A stretch of 64,000 nt of DNA from Amphiscolops sp. MND2022 (GCA_964187785.1 OZ076409.1:97838001-97902000), one strand, 5' to 3'; counted from the first letter of the stretch, positions 26,394 to 40,506 are shown. Numbers and translations: made by a program. Notes: generated by a model not told the origin, from the letters alone.

Positions 26394-26814
26394 GGCTGTT
26401 TTCTGGTTTCTTCCACCACCAAAATTTTTTGAAAAATTAGTGAAAATATTTCAACAAAAAGACTTGGATACAAACCAGTAAGCTTCAAATTTACGTTTAT
26501 TCTTATAACTATAGTGTGACAGTTTAGGATTATTTAGATACAAATTTTGTTGACGCTTTTTCAATATGTAGTCACGTATTTTTGATGAAGAAATTAACAG
26601 CTTCCTGTTTCGAGTCATCAATAAATACTCAATACAAACATAACAATAATCAAAATGTGTGAACAATGTTTTGTTCAAACAAAAAACAATTCTAATAGAC
26701 GTTAACTTCCTGTAATGGAAGCAGGTTTTACTTTTAATAAGGCTAGTATAAAGTTTTAAAGGAAGTTTACTTTCAAAGATTTTGGCGGTGGGAGGGGAGG
26801 GACAGAAAAGAGCC
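26394..26814. mobile_element. MITE family M
   Basis: TIRs present; TSD CAGGTGTG/AAGGTGTG (7 of 8 match). Confidence 0.8.
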
Positions 26815-26840
26815 AAGGTGTGATGATGAAAAGTGAGAGA

Positions 26841-26901
26841 TGACGTAATACAATGACGTAATACGATGACGTAATGCAATGACGTAATGGAATGACGTAA
26901 T
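26841..26901. repeat. 13-bp tandem repeat x5 (TGACGTAAT.caa)
   Basis: Directly visible; abuts the exon donor at 26903. Confidence 0.85.
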
Positions 26902-26903
26902 AC

Positions 26904-27119
26904 CATCGTCGCAGAGTTTGCGGCACTTGAGGATGGACTGGAAGCAGAGGGAGGAGATGCGGGGCTTGCTCCAGGCACGACTGCTCTCCATCACCTGCTC
27001 CAGCTTGATCCAACGCGCCCGGATGTCCCAGTAGTGCCGGTCCGCCTCTATCCGCGGCGGCAACGGCTGCGTCGACTGAGCACCACTGCCAAGAAGGTTG
27101 TGCTTGTCCATCGAGTGGT
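26904..27119 (-). CDS. SLC4: SLC4-like exon
   Basis: ttgcag|AC...GATG|gtatta, 216 nt, phase 1 to 1. WDIRARWIKLEQVMESSRAWSKPRISSLCFQSILKCR matches the band-3 domain motif 'WKETARWIKFEE...WSKPHVATLSLHSLFELR'. Confidence 0.92.
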
Positions 27120-27488
27120 CTGCAACAACACAACCACCATACAGTATGGATGAATATTTAAGTCATATTTGTTGCCCCGTAGAATTTCAACACTCAAATT
27201 TTCAAGTTTACAGCGGACGAGGTCGGTGACAAATTTGAAATACATACTGAGGTGCGTTAATCTTACGGTGCTTGTCAAAATCAGCAGTTGGTCAAGTTTC
27301 AGACGACTGGGGTTTTGTTGATAGCACTTCCTTAGGTATTTTGTACGTAAGTCTTGTAACTCAGCGCAGACCAGTTAAAGCGGTACTCATCAGCATTCAC
27401 ATGATTATTACAGAATGGACAATGCGTCTCCTTTACCTTTGTAAAATTGCTCTGACCTGTTATAGACAGTGCAGCTCATTGAAATCTA

Positions 27489-30400
27489 CTCAATTCAATT
27501 CCATTTTTGTCTTCAGGGTAAAAACATATTGGCTCCATTCGAGATTTGTATTTATATGATGCACACACACTGCAGAGAGTTCTTTTTCACTGATGTGTTT
27601 CACTGTTGTATTGACAAATCGTGTAGCTTGTTCTTGGTATATTTTTCAAAATGAGCTTCATTAACATTTCCGATAAAATGATAAGCACCGGGAACTTCGC
27701 ACTCTATCAGTACTGCTTGAACACAAGGCAACCATATATCTGGATGGGAAATTTTTTGTAGGAAATTGTACATTAGAGATGAAAGTTTGCTTTTGTCGAC
27801 GCTGAACATCCAAAAACCCAAAAATCCTAGCTAAATTTGATTTTTTTATTTCACTACCTAATTATACGTAAATCATTGCGAATCATTTCCTTTGGAGAAC
27901 TCTTCCGAACATTTGTTTGAAAACGTTCGCAAAGAATCCGATGACCAATTCTAATCTGTTCAAAATGTTCTTGTCTCCAAACTTCGCAGCCATAAGATAG
28001 AAAAGGTAAAACAAACAAGACGAGAACGTCTAAAGTCGGCACCACATCTAAGGCTCAAAAAGCGCGAAACATTTTTTGGAAAAAGACTTGAAACTTTTTT
28101 CTTTCAGAAAAAGTCGCATAGTGCCGAAAAATGTAAAAGGGGGGACCCTTTGGAATGTAGTAACATACATTCAGTTGCAAGTTATGAAAAAAACTCGAAG
28201 GGGAGACCCTTTTGGAACATTGAAAATTTTTTCGAGAAAAAGTCGCACAGTGCCGAAAAAAATTCAAAGGGGGGACCCTTTAGGCACGTCCGGTTTTGAA
28301 AGTTTCTTTGAAAAAGTGAAAAAATGAAAGGGGGGACCCTTTGGATTAAGTCTCCCTTGGCCGGACTTAGCCTCAGGTGGTTTCAGGATTGTTTCTAAAA
28401 AGTGGACCGATCAGTGTGAGGATTGTAGTCTGAAGAAAAACAAGACGGGAACGTCCCAAGTCGGCGCCATATCTTAGGCTCAAAAATATTCAAGGAACAA
28501 CTATTGTAAAAGTTTGGAAAAAAAATTTTTCAAAAAAATTATTTTTGAAATTTTTTTTCGAAAAAAAGTATTTTTTGAGTCGCAAAATGCCGAAAAACTC
28601 GAAAAAGGCCATTCAGGCTCATTCAACGTTTTCTACAAACCGAAAATTTCGAAAAAAATGCAAGGGGGTACCCTTTGATAAATTTCAAAAATTTTCGAAA
28701 AAAGTCGCATAGTGCCGAAAAAAACCCAAAGGGGGGGGGGCACTTTGGTCTCACCTGTACTTTTGGAAGCATTAAAAAATTTATGGTTTAGTGCGAGAAT
28801 CGAACCCACGCACTCCGGCTGGGTCGAAGATGGAAGATGAACAAGTATGAAAGATGAACAAATTGTAAGAAAAGTGGACCACTCAGAGTGAGATTGTCAA
28901 CTGAAAAAAAAACAAAAAAAACTACTAACTGTAAGAGTCGGGCTTTTTTCCTTAAGGGAAAAGGCGCCGACTAAAAACAGTCACTGCTAATGGAAAAGCG
29001 CCGACTAAAAACCACTCGTTGCATCTCTCAATTTGGATAATACTTTCTTTGCTTTGTCAACGTTGTTTTCCATTGTTAGTTGTTGAAAGGTCTTGTTGTA
29101 CTTGAAAAATACCCCGAAATGGCAAAAACTGTCAACTTCCTATTGGGTTGTTGCTTATAAACATCCCTGACGGTTTACGAACCTTTTCCCTGGAGAAGAT
29201 CATTTATCTTGTTTTGGAAAACTTTATTCGAACATTGATATTACTACAATATTGATATGCAGCATTTGAAGCTTGGAAGTTGTTGCATGCCCTCTTCGCT
29301 TTCTGCCAGAAAAATGGTCTCATCTGCATACAGAATTCCTCCCAATGCGAAGAATTGCTCCTCATCGAACATACAGATTGCTGTTAAGTGAATTCCACAG
29401 AAAACTCAATCCGTTACAATAATTTTCCTTGTATGCTCTGAAGTCCTTTACTAAAATAGTGAACAATAGTCTTGATAAATTATCATCCTGCCTGAGGTGT
29501 CCACTTTGACACATGTTTCTGTTTTGGAGTAGAGACCACGTATGACATTGAAAATTTTTCTCTTGATATTTTTATCCTGAAACTTCTTCCAAAGAATTGC
29601 TCGCTCAACAAAATCGATGCGTTTTCATAATCAGGAAAGGTGGCGTACACTCGTTGACCTTTTGTCCAATACAAAGATAGAATTTTAGTCAGGGTGAACG
29701 TATGGTCTTCACAGCTGTATCTGTTTCTAAAACCAGCCTGATCCGAACCAATTCTGTTCGTTAAATCTAAAAAGTGTTTAGTTGAGGTACTTATATTTGA
29801 CGAGAGAAGTTATTCAATGGAATTAGTCAACGAAATTTCTCGGTAACCATCAGGGTCGGTCATTGTTCCCTTCTTATGAAATGGACATAAAGTTGACAGA
29901 GCCCAATCATCAGGGACGTCTTCTGTACTTGAAACTAGGTTGAAAGAACTATTAAGTACTTTAACGAGAATTTTGTGAACATATCTCAGAAACTCTGAGT
30001 AAGTGTTATCTTGACCACCTGATTTCCCGCATTCGCAGAGATTCTCGCACCGTTTCAAAACTAACATTTTCATTCAATTCTTCGGGGAACTGTACTTCAT
30101 TCACACTAAAATTCGACAGTAGTAAATGCAATTGTTGAAAAATTCCAAAAAAATTTCAAGCTCCGATTGTGGCAGGGAACTTTCAGTTTTCAAGCTTCGT
30201 TTTACCGACCAGTATTCTTTGGAGTTTTTTGGTCGATGTCTCAATAGTTATCTATTGAAATTTTTCAAGAAGGTTTATTTTCAGGAGTATGAAGTTTTTC
30301 ACCTTTTGAGAGCTGCTTTTTTCCGGTTATGAGTCGAGTTCCTACACAAACAAGTATACGTCCTTATGCTCGATCAATATCAACTATTACAAACAACGTT

Positions 30401-32600
30401 ATACATATACTTTGCAGCAAGTTAACGTTATTAAGGTAACATGGACTTTACCACTTCATTCCCATCGAAAGAGTGTTTCCTTCCCATCGAGGGACACATC
30501 GTTTTTAGTAACTTCAACATCTCCAGCTTTTAAACGTTCAACTTTAAGATTGCAGTGGACGTCTGATAAACTTGGGTCAAATCGTTCTATTCCAAATTGA
30601 AACAAATTATCAATCAAAGATTTGTCAGCTTATATGTTTTCTGCCTCACTCTTTTTGTAATTGTTACAAGTAAAGTTATCAACACCTCTATCCTCGTCAA
30701 TTCTCTGTTCAGCATCATCATATCAGTAGTTTTGTAAACGCTAATCAATGATCGTCCATTGGTATTTTATTTAGAGTCTTAGTTCGCTCAGGCGATTCAC
30801 GTTCTTCGCCATGTATGTCTATTTATTTTTGCATGTTGCCAGTTTTTACATTGAAACCCCCCAAAACTACCATTTCACCGTCGTCTCACTTAATTCGTTC
30901 TATATCTTAAAAAAGGAATGCGAAGATATCGCTATTCCTGTTTTTAGAGTTTTCACAGGGCATTTAATACAAACCTTCCAATAACGGCGCTTCGGAGTAT
31001 GAGATTCGAACCCACAGGTTATCATCAGATTCAAAAACGAATTGCGGTATGTCTTTTCTAACCAGAATGCAAGTCCATGATACCCTTTAAGTGTATTTCA
31101 TCAAAAAAAGATTTCAAAACTCTCGAACTCTTTGAAAAGTAAACAGTTGCTTAGCGTTTCTGTAAAGCCAACTACATCGTACTTGTTAACGTCATCTTGC
31201 ACTAAGTTCAACCTTGTTTTCGCAATCAGATCTCGTACAGTAACGAAATAGCTTTTAGGTTTCTTTTCGATAGATGCTTCTTTTTCACACCTTTTCAGCT
31301 GCTATTTGCAGAACACTTTCAACATTTAATGTTTATCCATTTAATGTTTCAACAATTAATGTTTAAGAATTTGAATTTGTGTTTCGCTCAGTACATCATT
31401 TGTTTAGTTGTTCGCCGAGCAAACTTTACAATGACTGTGCGTGGTTCTCCATATTGATGATTTCTGATTTGCAGACAATGGATAATCGACACTTCATCCG
31501 CACTGATATCAGAATGAGCCAGTTTCTTCTCGAATAAAGTTCCAATGCTTCTAATTTGCTTTTATTCTGTAAACAAATGATTTCGTACGCGTTCGTTCCA
31601 GTTTCAATCTCCATATCTTTCCTTCGAGCATTTAATTGAGGTGTTGCTGCACTTTCGCTTGTGAGTCTTCCAGCTGTTGATTCATTTGTTCTCTCGTCTC
31701 ATTTAACAGGTGGTCGACCATTAGTTCTCTCGCTTCTGTCAAATTTCATCAGTGAAACATTTTATTGATTTCCAACCCTTGCACACGGCTTTCCAAGTTG
31801 TTCATTTCATCGGTTTAAAGACTGGTATTTTGTTCCATGTTATCAATTTTACTCGCAAGAGTCTGTTGCTCGGCCTTTACATCCTCCAGTTTATTATTTG
31901 ATATTCTATTCAAATTTAAAATCAAGGTCATTGTTTTTTCTTTGAATGGAGTCGTTTTTGTAAAAAAATTTATCAACTGAACATTTATACTGTTGTTTAA
32001 ACTCTCAAAGGACTCGCTCATCGTGTTGCTGACGCTTTCGCGAATGTTTTTTCCACCACCAAAGGAGCAAGCGATGTAGAAATGTCTTCAATCTCGATGT
32101 GCCAACTGAATTAGCTTTCCTTTGATTGTGACAAAGCTTTTTTGAGTGGCTGACTCAGCGTGACAAACTTTTTACCAGCTGAATTTTCCTATTTCTCCGG
32201 TCCAACTGGACTTGGCCCTAATGTAGTCCTATCTTTGTTAGGTATAACTGTGTTCGCAATCGGTATCATACTTTTAATAGTTGATTTTGACATCAGAAAA
32301 AGCGAAACAGAAATTCCTTTGAAACTAATCTCGAAGCCAAGTAACTGAAACGCGTCTTCTTATCTTTTCAACTGTTAAGCTTGACAGGAGCTTTCGTTGA
32401 TGAGCTTTGCGTGGACTGTATGATATCTTTCTCTGTTTGGAACGTATATTTTTCTCCAACCCCTTTAAATTGTCCTCGTACGTTATCAGCAACTTTTCCT
32501 CTAACGTTGGTTGTTGTTGCAACAGTTTGTTTTTATGTAATATGTCCGGTATGCTTGTTTTTGTTTCGAGATTAAACTTCGTGTGAAACTAACGACAGGG
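27489..32600 (-). mobile_element. Decayed non-LTR retrotransposon (APE-type LINE), interrupted by HINEs; ends approximate
   Basis: Broken ORF2 motifs: endonuclease (DVVGFTET, GGFNVK-like) and RT (PFHKKG..DPDGYREISLTN, QAGFR, LYADE, FLSYGCEVW). Coiled-coil ORF1 remnants lie at ~31400-32520. Confidence 0.75.
28014..29010 (-). mobile_element. Two nested HINE family A copies (inner copy ~28439-28977)
   Basis: Two aacaagacg..aacgtc..aagtcggc starts and two gcgccgactaaaa ends. Confidence 0.75.
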
Positions 32601-33010
32601 ACACTAACTTTGTTCAAAGATTCGTAAAAATCATGTTCAAAAGTTGTACAAGGAGCAGCTAAACTTCCACTTTTTTCAGGCGGTCAAAAAGTTCATTTTC
32701 GAACGGCCGATAGTTATTTGATGAGTGAGGCGTAACACTTTTGTTCAAAAGGTTGTGCCAAAAAACTACTACCTTTTTTCTTAGCTAGTGATCGGCGAAA
32801 TTCAAATATTCAAATATTCAAATATAATCTTATAGTTTGTATCGGTACTTGTGCGCCAACCGCAAACCAGGGATAGTCGTTACATTTTCTTTCAAACTGT
32901 TGACTAACCGTTTGACAGCCTCGTGGAGCAAACTAGCTATTACATGTATCATTCAGCAACCGAAGAGAAAAAAGGAATAAAAAGAACGATGTCACAAAAG
33001 AATGTGGGAC

Positions 33011-33547
33011 TGTTGGTCGGTATTTGCGTATGACATCAGAATAGTTTAGTCAGATAATTCGTCCACCTAGCAGAAAGGATGAGTCTTTGGTCTGCACGGG
33101 TTCGAATTTGCGACAGTGCTCTTTTTTGTTATAATTGTTTTTTTCATTCTTTGACTTTTTATTTTGATCAAACACTCTGCTTTACAGTAATATTATTGCT
33201 CATTTTCACGTACAATATTTACCATTCAATGCTCACTAATAGAAGCGTTGTTATTACATACGTTTAAAGCACCGGTTGAGACCTTTTTGTTGCCCTTGTT
33301 TGCCCCTTTGGTCACAAATGCCATTTTTGCTATCCAACAACCGGTTTTTGACCAGTCCCCCAACTCTCACTTTTCATAGCATTCATCAAATGATCATACC
33401 GTCAATAAACGTTATCAAATACAGACCGCTTGCCTTGAGACAAAACACAAACCTAATAGCTTGAGCGCTATCGTTGAGTTCGTCCTATCTTCTAGTTCGA
33501 ACTCTTTCTTGAGTTCCCCGTTGTAGCTTAAGAGCTACCCCGAAACA
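33011..33547 (+). repeat. BEL/Pao 5' LTR
   Basis: TGT...ACA; diverged direct repeat of 37917-38439. Confidence 0.8.
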
Positions 33548-36500
33548 TTGGTGACCTCGTGATGTCAACAGCAGATAGTTCACAAGGTTCAGACAACTCT
33601 AGTGAGATGAAGCTGCCTCCGTTGAACTGACCGAGAGGGGCTCATCACGGCGTTCTCACAAGACAGGCTACAGCAATTCGGCAAGCCGGTGGAGTACTCG
33701 AGGGTGTCCAAGCCACAATGGAGTTCCTGATTGATCGTCGCAAGCTCTTGAGGGCAGCGAATTGGTGTCAGGGCAAGATCAAGGAGTTGCAGCCCCCAAG
33801 CCCAAGCAGCGCAGCGGCACAATCAAGTGGCAGTTTGACCTCAAAGCTGCCTAAACTAACCCTTCCTTCATTCGCTGGTGAATACACACAGAGGGTCTCT
33901 TTCTGGACCCAATTTACAACACTGGTTGACAGCAGAGTTGACATGACCAACATCGAGAAGCTATCATTCCTAAAGTTGTCACTAAAGGTTGATGCAGCTC
34001 AGATAGTTTCATCACTGTTGGTCACTGATGCGAACTACGATATTGCAAAGCGAAAATTAGAGAAGCGCTTCAAAAACAAGCGTTCGATCGTGAAGGCGCA
34101 CCTAGCGGCAATTTATATGCTACCAGTCAACAAGAAGAGTCAAGTGCCAAGCTGTGCAAGTTGTTGGAATCGACGAATGATCATGGGCACGCACTAGAAA
34201 GTTGATGTTGCATGTCGATCAATGGGATGCAATACTAGTGTACTGGCTGCTGGAGAAACTTGATGGTGAATCAAGGAAGCAATTTGGATTGGCTCATCCC
34301 GGCACAGATGTGTTAACATTCAAAGAGTTGACTACATTCATGGATAGACGAAGCCGCGCAATGAAATCCAGTGGTGACCAGCCTCAAGCTTCCGTTCCCG
34401 AGACAACTCCTAAGAAGGCATCAAGAAGCCTACTCGTAAATTGTTGAGCACTCCAAAAGCCGTCAGATGAAGGAATGCAATTGGTCCCATTCAATCTCCC
34501 AGTGTATTGCTACAAGCAGTTGGGCACACGTGAGAGAAAAGCAGTTGTGAGGAAGATCAAACTGTGCAAGAACTGTCTGGTGCGGCATTCCGTAGCTGAG
34601 TGTCCATCGAAGTTCAGCTGCCGTTCAAGGTGGTGTGACGAGCGCTTCAACAATCAGTGGTCCTTCAGTGCTTCTGTCAACAGCAATGGTTGGCATAGAT
34701 GATACAGCTGGAATGTCATTGATGTTTCTAGCCTTGCTGGACTCTGGGTCGCAAACATCCATCAAAGCGGATGCAGCATCCAAACCCAACCTTGCTCGTT
34801 CAAAAGTCGACATGAGGACCTCTGAATTAGTGGACGGCAACAAGCATCAAAGGAGTCAGTCAGTTTCCTAGTTGGTCCTCGAACTTTGCCTGTTACAGCA
34901 TAGTTCTGAACTCAATCGCATGTAATATACCTTCTCAATCCATTAAATTGAAACAATTTTGAGATATTGAAATAATTAAAGTGAAAGAAAAGTGTAGAAC
35001 TAGCAGACAAAAACTTCCATCAACCTTACGCCGTTCAATTGCTGTTGGGCGCGGATGTGTACGAGGATCTTTCTGGAACAAAGAAGGAAGAAGAGTCAAG
35101 GTCTGCACTATCGCAAATCAATCTTCGGCTGGGTGGTAACTGGAGTGTTGTCTCATGTGCGTGCCTAACAATGTCAATCGATCCAAGTTGCAGTTGAACT
35201 GGACCTTGCTTGTTTCTGGGAAATTGAAGAAATTCCTCGAGTGAAGCCGATGTCCAAAGAAAATCGTCAATGTATGGAGCATTACGACACAACGACATAT
35301 GTTGCAGATGATGGCCGCATCACTGTTCTTCTCGCTTTCAAGTCTGAGGCACGCCCTTCGAACAATTTCCTTCGAGCCAAGCAAAGAGTGTTCGCTTTGG
35401 AACAAAAACTCAAGGATCACGATGATCTGAAGCAGCAGTATCGTGACTTCATCAAGGAATTGGTGGATATGGGCCATCTTGAAAAGGCATTTCGGACCTC
35501 AGGTTTGTGCTACTACTTAGTCCATTACTGTGTGTTCAAGGATGGTACGACGACCAAGCTTCGTGTCGTGTTTGATGCAGCAGCAAGTCTACGAACGGCT
35601 ATTCTCTGACCCATTGCCTGCTGCTTGGACCCCGCTTACAAGACGATGTTTTTCATATCCTCATTCGCTTTCGCCTACACCAATATGCTTTATCGGCAGA
35701 TGTGGCAAACATTCAACGGCAAGTGACTTTATACGAGTCAGATCGTGACTTTCATCGAAATCTCTGATATGATTACGTGACGGACGAGATTTGAGAATTG
35801 CGTATGACCCGTGTGACATACGGTGTTGCCAGCTCTTCGTACCATTCACCACGAGCACTACAAGCGAGTGGTAAAAATCACTGACCAAATCCCAACACAG
35901 TGAATGTGATTCTTAATGATTTCTTGGTTGCCGATCAACATAGTGTCGTTGATACACTGGAAGCATGCGTGTTCCAAGACGATATGATTGATAGCATCAA
36001 CAAGAACTCTCTCCTCTCTCCCACTACGCAAGTGGAGCAGCAACGAACCCCAACTGGTCATTCGTCTTAACAAAAACCTCCAAAAGCTGGCAAGGCTTAC
36101 GAATTCAACGACAAAACCCATCAAATCAAATACCTGGGGCTGACATGGCATCCTTTGTAGGATCACTTCGTGTATACAAGTAGTAGTGAGTATGTTTCAA
36201 CCATTACCAAACAAACATCACTCAGTTGGCCTCATTGCCTCAATTCTCGTAATTGCCAAGGTCATCATTCAGTAGTGCTAGAATTGGATCTCGAGTGGAA
36301 TATTGCAGCTCCAGATGATGTGTCACGAGCATACACAAACTGGAACGATGACTTGGGCTCGCTGTCACATCTCAAGATACCCCGGATGGTGCTATCAGCT
36401 CACTTGTACGATGAAACGTCGTTGAAAGTCTTTTTTGATGCTTCCGAAAAAGCATAAGGTACTTGTGTTTATCTGGTGTCACTCGAAGATGACATCGTCT

Positions 36501-37916
36501 CCTCATTCCTCATTTCCTCCAAGAGAAAGATGGCTCCAATAAAAACCTCAACTCTCCCTCGTCCCAAGTCCTCAGCAATAGACACTGCTGCAAAACTTGC
36601 AACAGCGGTCAAGGGGCCCACTATGAAAATCAAAGCACGCAGCACTGAACATCTCAGTGTTGTACTTAGACCCAACGATTGCCCTCTCTTGGATCAAGGC
36701 AGATCTCGCTCGATGGCAGACATTTGCCTTTAACCATGTCTCTCAAATTTAGTCAATGCTCCCAACAACTGAATTCATTCACGTGCCGTCAGAGGAGAAC
36801 CCAGCAGATCTGTACTCATGCGGATTGCTAGCAACGCAGTTGGTGGCTCAGCAGAAGTTGTGGTTTGAAGGACCATCGTAGTGCGGATCATCATAACCTG
36901 ACCAACCTCACGCTCTCCTCACAAAGTAGGAAACCCGGCATGAATCCTTGACAGTGTTAACTTCGCCCAGTAATGCCTTAGTAAACTTGGACATTTTCAA
37001 TTCACTAGTGAAGTTGTTGGAAACACTGTGCATTTGCAAAGTACCGAGCCCCCTCAAATGGTGAGTTGGAGAAAGTGGTCCTGGCAGGGGCACCATCATA
37101 CAGCAGCATTGAATGGCTCTTCATTCCTCCTCGTTCACCCAACATCGGCACGCTATGGGAAGCAGCGGTGGTGTCGATGAAGTACCACTTGCGAAGAGTC
37201 ATGGGAAATTCCATTCTCACTTATGAGATGACAGCCATTCTCTGTCAATTAGAACAAGTATTGAATAATCGTCCTTTGATGGCTGTCACAAACAACTCAG
37301 ATGAAATTTTTGCGCTCACTCATGAACGCTAGTCAATGGTAGCCGATTGCATGCTATCCCATGGCCTTTTTTTGCAGAAGATGGATGCCCGCGGGAATCC
37401 AGTAAAACGATTTCTCAGTCTTCAACTGCTACTTTTTCAATTTTGGAAGCGATGGTCTACTGCGTATGTAGCATTCCTTCAACGTCAAGGCAAATGGCGG
37501 CAAGAGCGTGCAAACCTCTCAGTTGATGACGTGGTACTGACCACATACGATGGCATTCCACCACTGCAGTGGAGTGTTGGTTAAGTGATGCAATTGAAGC
37601 TTGGTCACGCCGGCTTAGCACGAGTGGCATTGGTGAGAACATCGCTTGGAGAATTCATAAGGCCTGTCATCAAGCTGAGACGTCTACCAGTTAAGGACAA
37701 TGACCTCCACAGTGCAAACGTTAAACGTAATGCACACAAAAACTAGCAGCACGGAAACACGAAAATTTATTTTGTCCACATTAAACTTAAACTCATGTCA
37801 TTCTCCAATTTGTATTAGCATGAATGCTAACCAAGTCTTTATATGTATGCAAACTGTATTAGCACGTGTGCTAACCAAATATAATAATGAAGCTGATACT
37901 TCATGGCCGGGGAGAA

Positions 37917-38439
37917 ATTTGCGTATGACATCAGAATAATTTAGTGGAATAATTAATCCTCTTAGCATCGTGGTTAAGTCTTTGCTCTCGAACCGGTCAG
38001 CGCGGGTTCGAATCTGTGACAGGGCTATTTTTTATCTTTGTTTAATTATACATTGACCTTTAATTTAGATCAATCACTTTGCTTGACATCAATAATGTTG
38101 CTCATTTTCATATACGCTATTTATCATTCATTGCTCACTATTGTAAACGTTGTTGTTACGAAAGTGTAAACAACCGGTTGAGACCTTTTTGTAACCCATT
38201 TGGCTATAAATGCCATTTTGCTATCCGTCAACCGGTTTTTGACCAGTCCTCCAACTGTCAATTTTCATAGCATTCATCATATGATCATGCCGTCAATAAA
38301 CGTTATCAAATACAGACCTCTTGCCTTGAGACAAGACCCAAATCTAAGAGCTTGAACTCTAACTTTGAGTTTCTTTTAACTTCTAGTTCGAACTCTTTCT
38401 TGAGTTCCTCCGTTGTAGCTTGAGAGCTACCCCGAAACA
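37917..38439 (+). repeat. BEL/Pao 3' LTR (first ~11 nt missing)
   Basis: Follows the PPT and ends ctaccccgaaaca like the 5' LTR. Confidence 0.8.
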
Positions 38440-39820
38440 ATCGATAATATCAGCTGAATTCGCTTGTAAAATTGGAATTCCTGTGCTGAACAGAATATAA
38501 AGGTTCTCTTCGGATTCAATGTAGAATTCAACAAGTTGAAGTCAATAATCAGAGGAAGTTAGAAAAATTGTAACATTTCCGAAGTATTAGGATCAAAGAT
38601 TTCAATACATTACGTATTTCGAATTCAATGCTGTAGTGAAACTTTAGTTTGTTTACCAACCGACCGTTCCTCTCGTTTGAATACAATGACTGTAACCTTC
38701 ACAATTTTAACGAGTTGTTGTCAATTGCCCAAATCCATTCCACCCCCAAGATAATATCGATGTTAGAAATGGCACATTTATTCAAGCTTTTTATTCAATT
38801 TATGGAAATGCATTATTTTAATTAACAATGAAACATTTTATTGGTAATAAAGTTTGGAACCCCTAATGATTTCGCGAATTTCTCAAAAACTGTCAACGTT
38901 CCTTGAAAAACGTTTGTCTAACACTTCTTCTAATGCTGAGTATTCTAACCATGATTATGAGAAACTAGATTAAATTTAAAGAAACTTATGTTTCCCCCGA
39001 TAAAAATCATTAGTTATAGAGGGTATAGCAGGAAAATGGAGCGTTCCAAACATTAACATTATGGGATTGTTGCACCGAGCCGAATTTTGTAGGATCGAGA
39101 AGTTAGTAAAAATATCTAGCATCGAATTGTGACTTGATTTTATCAAGGATCGAAAGAGGTGAAAATTTCATCACTATTACATCATACCTATAGTGCCCTA
39201 AAATGCAGGAGCGAAGCGGAGCGACGTGCCACTGCACCATCAGCAGCAGTAGGGTTCGACGAAGGCCGACCTGAAGGGGTGCAAAGCGTCCCGGAAGGAA
39301 AAAGACTGAGTCAAACAACCAATTTTTGTTTCTAAATTTGTGCAAAACCATCATTTTGGATCCTGTACGATTCGATTCTAAATCATTCAACTAAATATAA
39401 ATTGTTGCAATTTCGATTCTAAAAAAAAAACAGACTCTGTAGAGGCAACACACGGCACAAACGAGGGTACATGTTGAGGACACTGAAGCCAAGTCAAATT
39501 AAATTGAAAAATCGAAAAATTACAACTGGTTAAATCAGTTCAATGTTCTGCCCTCTGACTTGCATTTGATGACCAAATTACAAACTCCAAAGTACATTTC
39601 AAAAAAACTAGAAAGACTACATCAATGTCAATCATGAACTTTTCAAACTTTTTTAAAGTTTCTCAGAACTTTCAATTTCAATGTCTCAAATGTTGAAGTT
39701 GTGCGTTTGAGTTGATTCTCCAAAGTGAGAACTCGACGAGCTACTAAGCTCCCTTCTCGTCCGTTTGGATATTTTGTACATACAGTATTTCATTTATTAA
39801 AATGATTTACTTTCATTATT

Positions 39821-40052
39821 AGTAGTAGTGGAAATCCCGATACTGGCCAACAAAACGCCAAAAATTAAAAGTCCTCAAAACCATTGATTTTGAGGACTTT
39901 TTAGAAAACAAATCATCAAAAATAGTGTTTTTACCATGAAGCAAAATTCACTAACCTCTATGATGCAATGTGTAATAATAACACGTTAATGTACAACCAG
40001 CGTTAATGTACAACCAACGTTGCTGTACAACCAGCGTTAATGTACAACCAGC
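39821..40052 (+). repeat. Polinton left TIR
   Basis: Reverse complement of 54156-54387; one substitution noticed. Confidence 0.95.
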
Positions 40053-40074
40053 AACAATGAAAAATAACTAATAA

Positions 40075-40506
40075 ATGGCACGACAGTTAACACAGCTTCA
40101 CAATTACCTCTCATTCAAAGACTTTGTTGAAAAATATGGATTAAAAAACGAAGCAACTTCCAATGTAAAAATAAAAGAAATACTTAATGAATTAAATATT
40201 CCATGTGGAATATACATGAGAGATGATAAGTTTAACACTACCAGTGGTATAGTTAACTTACATCCCTCAGTGGGAACACATTGGGTTATGTTTACAAATC
40301 AAAATTATTTTGATTCTTATGGATGCCCACCCCCAACTAATATACTTAATCATATTAAAAATTGTATTTATTCAGAATATCAAATTCAGACCAACGACAG
40401 TTATTGCGCGGCGTATTGTTTATACACACTGTATCTCACAAATAAAATTGGGTTCAAAAATGCAGTACTAAATTTATACTACCAAACTTTCAAACTTAAT
40501 AAATGA
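40075..40506 (+). CDS. Adenain-like cysteine maturation protease
   Basis: GIVNL..SVGTHWV, YFDSYG and QIQ..DSYCAAYCL supply the His/Asp/Gln/Cys catalytic set. Confidence 0.9.
   Translation: MARQLTQLHNYLSFKDFVEKYGLKNEATSNVKIKEILNELNIPCGIYMRDDKFNTTSGIVNLHPSVGTHWVMFTNQNYFDSYGCPPPTNILNHIKNCIYSEYQIQTNDSYCAAYCLYTLYLTNKIGFKNAVLNLYYQTFKLNK

Larger units (their letters stand above)
33011..38439 (+). mobile_element. BEL/Pao LTR retrotransposon, decayed, with an internal deletion in integrase
   Basis: LTRs ~33011-33547 and ~37917-38439; PBS TGGTGACCTCGTGAT; PPT GGCCGGGGAGA. Motifs: gag KLPKLTLPSFAGEY, protease ALLDSGSQTS, RT TTKLRVVFDA, RNase H FFDASEKA, integrase C-term FWKRWS..Y..LQ..KW. No TSD seen. 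Confidence 0.9.
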
